64,000 nt of DNA. Source: an uncultured Eubacteriales bacterium (GTDB lineage: Bacteria; Bacillota; Clostridia; Oscillospirales; CAG-272). Made by a program: the position numbers and the translations under genes. Within the stretch, counting starts at the first letter, position 1. The number at the start of each line of letters is the position of its first letter. Below, in pieces: positions 62,657 through 64,000 of the stretch. The stretch is from the NCBI GenBank assembly GCA_900547725.1, contig URHR01000001.1, positions 19,894-83,893 on the forward strand. Direction: 5' to 3'. Under the pieces are notes generated by a model, which saw nothing but the letters and a program-made list of their open reading frames with translations, made no database searches and was not told the origin of the DNA.

Positions 62657-63570
62657 GAGTGTGTTTCCAAAGTCATCAGCAGGCGAAATTATGCAAGCCA
62701 GAGCAGAGTAGCCGCCAAATGAATGAAAGCGAGGAATCTGCAAGCGAGCTTTTCGAAACGCATAGCGATTCTGCGATGATCTTTGATCTTCATGAAAAAG
62801 CATTCAACAAGATGCCTTTCTTTGTAGTGATAAAAATCGGTGTACCACGGATCAACTGAATTCGACTTTGGTGGAATACAGAAATCAGCGTCACGGTTCG
62901 CGATGTATTCACGGTTTTCCCACGAACCATAGGCTTTGTCAGCAAGAACAGTACTGCCGGAAATATCGAGCTGTTCAAGGCATTTTTGCATCATGACTCC
63001 GTCATGTACCTGTCCTCCGGTGAGCTCCAGTGCCAAAGGGTAGCCGAGTCCATCCACTACCGCGTGAATTTTGGTTGATCTTCCCCCTCGGCTGATTCCA
63101 ATATGCTGATGATCATCATATCCCGGAGCCCCCTTTTTGCACCGGCACTTGACCGATGCGCTTTTATATAGGTTTCGTCAATACACAGATCCTGCATATC
63201 CGGATTCTTGCAAACACTTTCAAACAACTGCTTGAGTTTTTCGTCTTTCACCCACTGAGAAAACCGTTTGTACACTGTCTGCCACGGACCATAGTATTCC
63301 GGAAGATCACGCCAGGGAGCCCCGGTGTGCATGATCCAGAGAACTCCATTCAAGAGTTTGCGATTATCCGCTTGCGGTCTCCCGGTTTTCTTTGGTGTAT
63401 TACCGAGAAATGGTCTGATCTTCTCCCACTGGGTATCATCGATTTCATATCGTCTTGCCATCTTTGCGCTCCCCACGATTATCTTTGCCGTAAATATTAT
63501 ACACGATACGAGCGATTTTTGCAAGATGTTATTCGATTTCTTTCAAGCGATTGCGTTTAGAAACGCACTT
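62657..63570 (-). mobile_element. IS5-family (IS427/IS1031-like group) insertion sequence, about 914 bp
   Basis: Two overlapping transposase ORFs. Imperfect terminal inverted repeats: left GAGTGTGTTTCCAAAGTC (62657-62674) against right GCGTTTAGAAACGCACTT (63553-63570), 13/18 complementary. No target duplication is confirmed. Confidence 0.65.
62689..63461 (-). CDS. IS5-family DDE transposase (OrfA-OrfB, programmed -1 frameshift)
   Basis: OrfA is MARRYEIDDTQWEKIRPFLG..GRPQADNRKLLNGVLWIMHTGAPWRDLP. OrfB is DGLGYPLALELTGGQVHD..VLADKAYGS. The slippery run GCAAAAAGGGGG lies at 63140-63129. Shifting frame there joins ..GAKKGAPGYDDHQHIGISRGGRSTKIHAVVDGLGYP. Confidence 0.8.
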
Positions 63571-64000
63571 TGGTCTCTTTATAATCTTTTTCCTCCTTTT
63601 ACAAAAACAATACGTATTAATAATATATTTTTTATTTTGAGCATAAACTTCTTTTTCACCTTTTTCGCCATCCTTTTCCGTCTTTTGAGCTTCTTTATTT
63701 TCAACCGCAGAAGTTGCGTTTAATTGTGAAGAAATTTCTTGAATCTCGGGATGTTCTTTTTTTATATTAATCTGATACTGAATCCATTCATTAATTTCAT
63801 CCGGGGTAGCCTTTCTAAACTTTACCCCCAACTTTGTAAATTTGTATTTTTGTAGTTTTAATTTTAGCTTATAAAACTCTATCAAATCACTGTAAAAATT
63901 TAAATATCTACACTCTACAATTTTCCCTTCAACAACTATATGGGTAGATGAAAATATTACTGTTATTTTTTCAAGAAAATTAGAATTTCTTATTTCATTA
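63529..64000 (-). CDS. AT-rich hypothetical gene, 5' end beyond the right edge, 3' end fused into the IS terminus
   Basis: The reading frame is open from the window edge (..NEIRNSNFLEKITVIFSSTHIVVEGKIVECRYLNFYSD..). The last roughly 14 codons lie inside the IS inverted repeat. Confidence 0.35.
   Translation of the reverse strand, partial: NEIRNSNFLEKITVIFSSTHIVVEGKIVECRYLNFYSDLIEFYKLKLKLQKYKFTKLGVKFRKATPDEINEWIQYQINIKKEHPEIQEISSQLNATSAVENKEAQKTEKDGEKGEKEVYAQNKKYIINTYCFCKRRKKIIKRPKCVSKRNRLKEIE

Noticed and set aside
62640-63580. Target-site duplication flanking the IS
   Set aside because: The left flank is TTA and the right flank is TGG/TTT depending on the exact end, so there is no matching direct repeat. 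The IS ends are therefore approximate.
1-64000. Lasso-peptide or other RiPP gene cluster around the QDILT micro-ORFs
   Set aside because: No Asn-synthetase-like cyclase, transglutaminase-like peptidase, PqqD-like RRE, radical-SAM enzyme, LanM/LanB enzyme or peptidase-ABC exporter is encoded in the window. One of the three peptides also violates the ring-size rule. Only the generic leader/core idea is retained.
1-64000. CRISPR arrays, cas genes, rRNA or complete tRNA genes, prophage structural genes, reverse transcriptase/DGR, toxin-antitoxin pairs
   Set aside because: I saw no regularly spaced repeat-spacer arrays and no ORFs with the corresponding motifs. The only tRNA-like sequence is a 3' fragment.

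Overview
The window looks like an accessory region of a Gram-positive, Clostridia-like anaerobe, judged from GGAGG-type RBSs, many lipobox signal peptides and AraC-rich sugar loci. This assignment is an inference from sequence style only. Most of the window (1-58.2 kb) consists of five loosely repeated cassettes. Each cassette combines an AraC-type regulator (in one cassette a membrane LuxR-type regulator instead) with a large lipoprotein solute-binding protein (SBP) and one or more surface or secreted proteins. The surface proteins are EEP-fold or MBL-fold hydrolase lipoproteins that share an N-terminal module, GLUG-repeat beta-helix proteins, lectin-like repeat proteins and giant adhesin-like proteins. 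Cytoplasmic enzymes are interspersed among them: GH31, GH78, GDPD, an Eis-like GNAT and a Gfo/Idh/MocA oxidoreductase. No ABC permease or ATPase gene is present anywhere in the 64 kb, despite five SBP genes. The most interesting signal is a three-copy family of micro-ORFs (39-50 aa, conserved M-K..Y-x-x-P..QDILT-x-S N-terminus, divergent C-terminus) sitting at equivalent positions in three cassettes. One copy is missing from the ORF track because it starts with GTG and is under 60 aa. DNA composition is mosaic: hand-counted 60-nt samples give about 58-62% GC in the flanking blocks and about 38-42% in a 24-37.5 kb island. The island edges carry gene debris and long hairpins. The right end (58.2-64 kb) is a junkyard of mobile elements. 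It holds a truncated tyrosine integrase, a tRNA 3' half, a large serine recombinase, a DUF4143-type ATPase, a repeat-rich non-coding stretch, and an IS5-family element with a programmed frameshift inserted into an AT-rich gene. The many long ORFs antisense to the high-GC genes are shadow ORFs. All family assignments come from motifs I can read in the translations. No database search was run.
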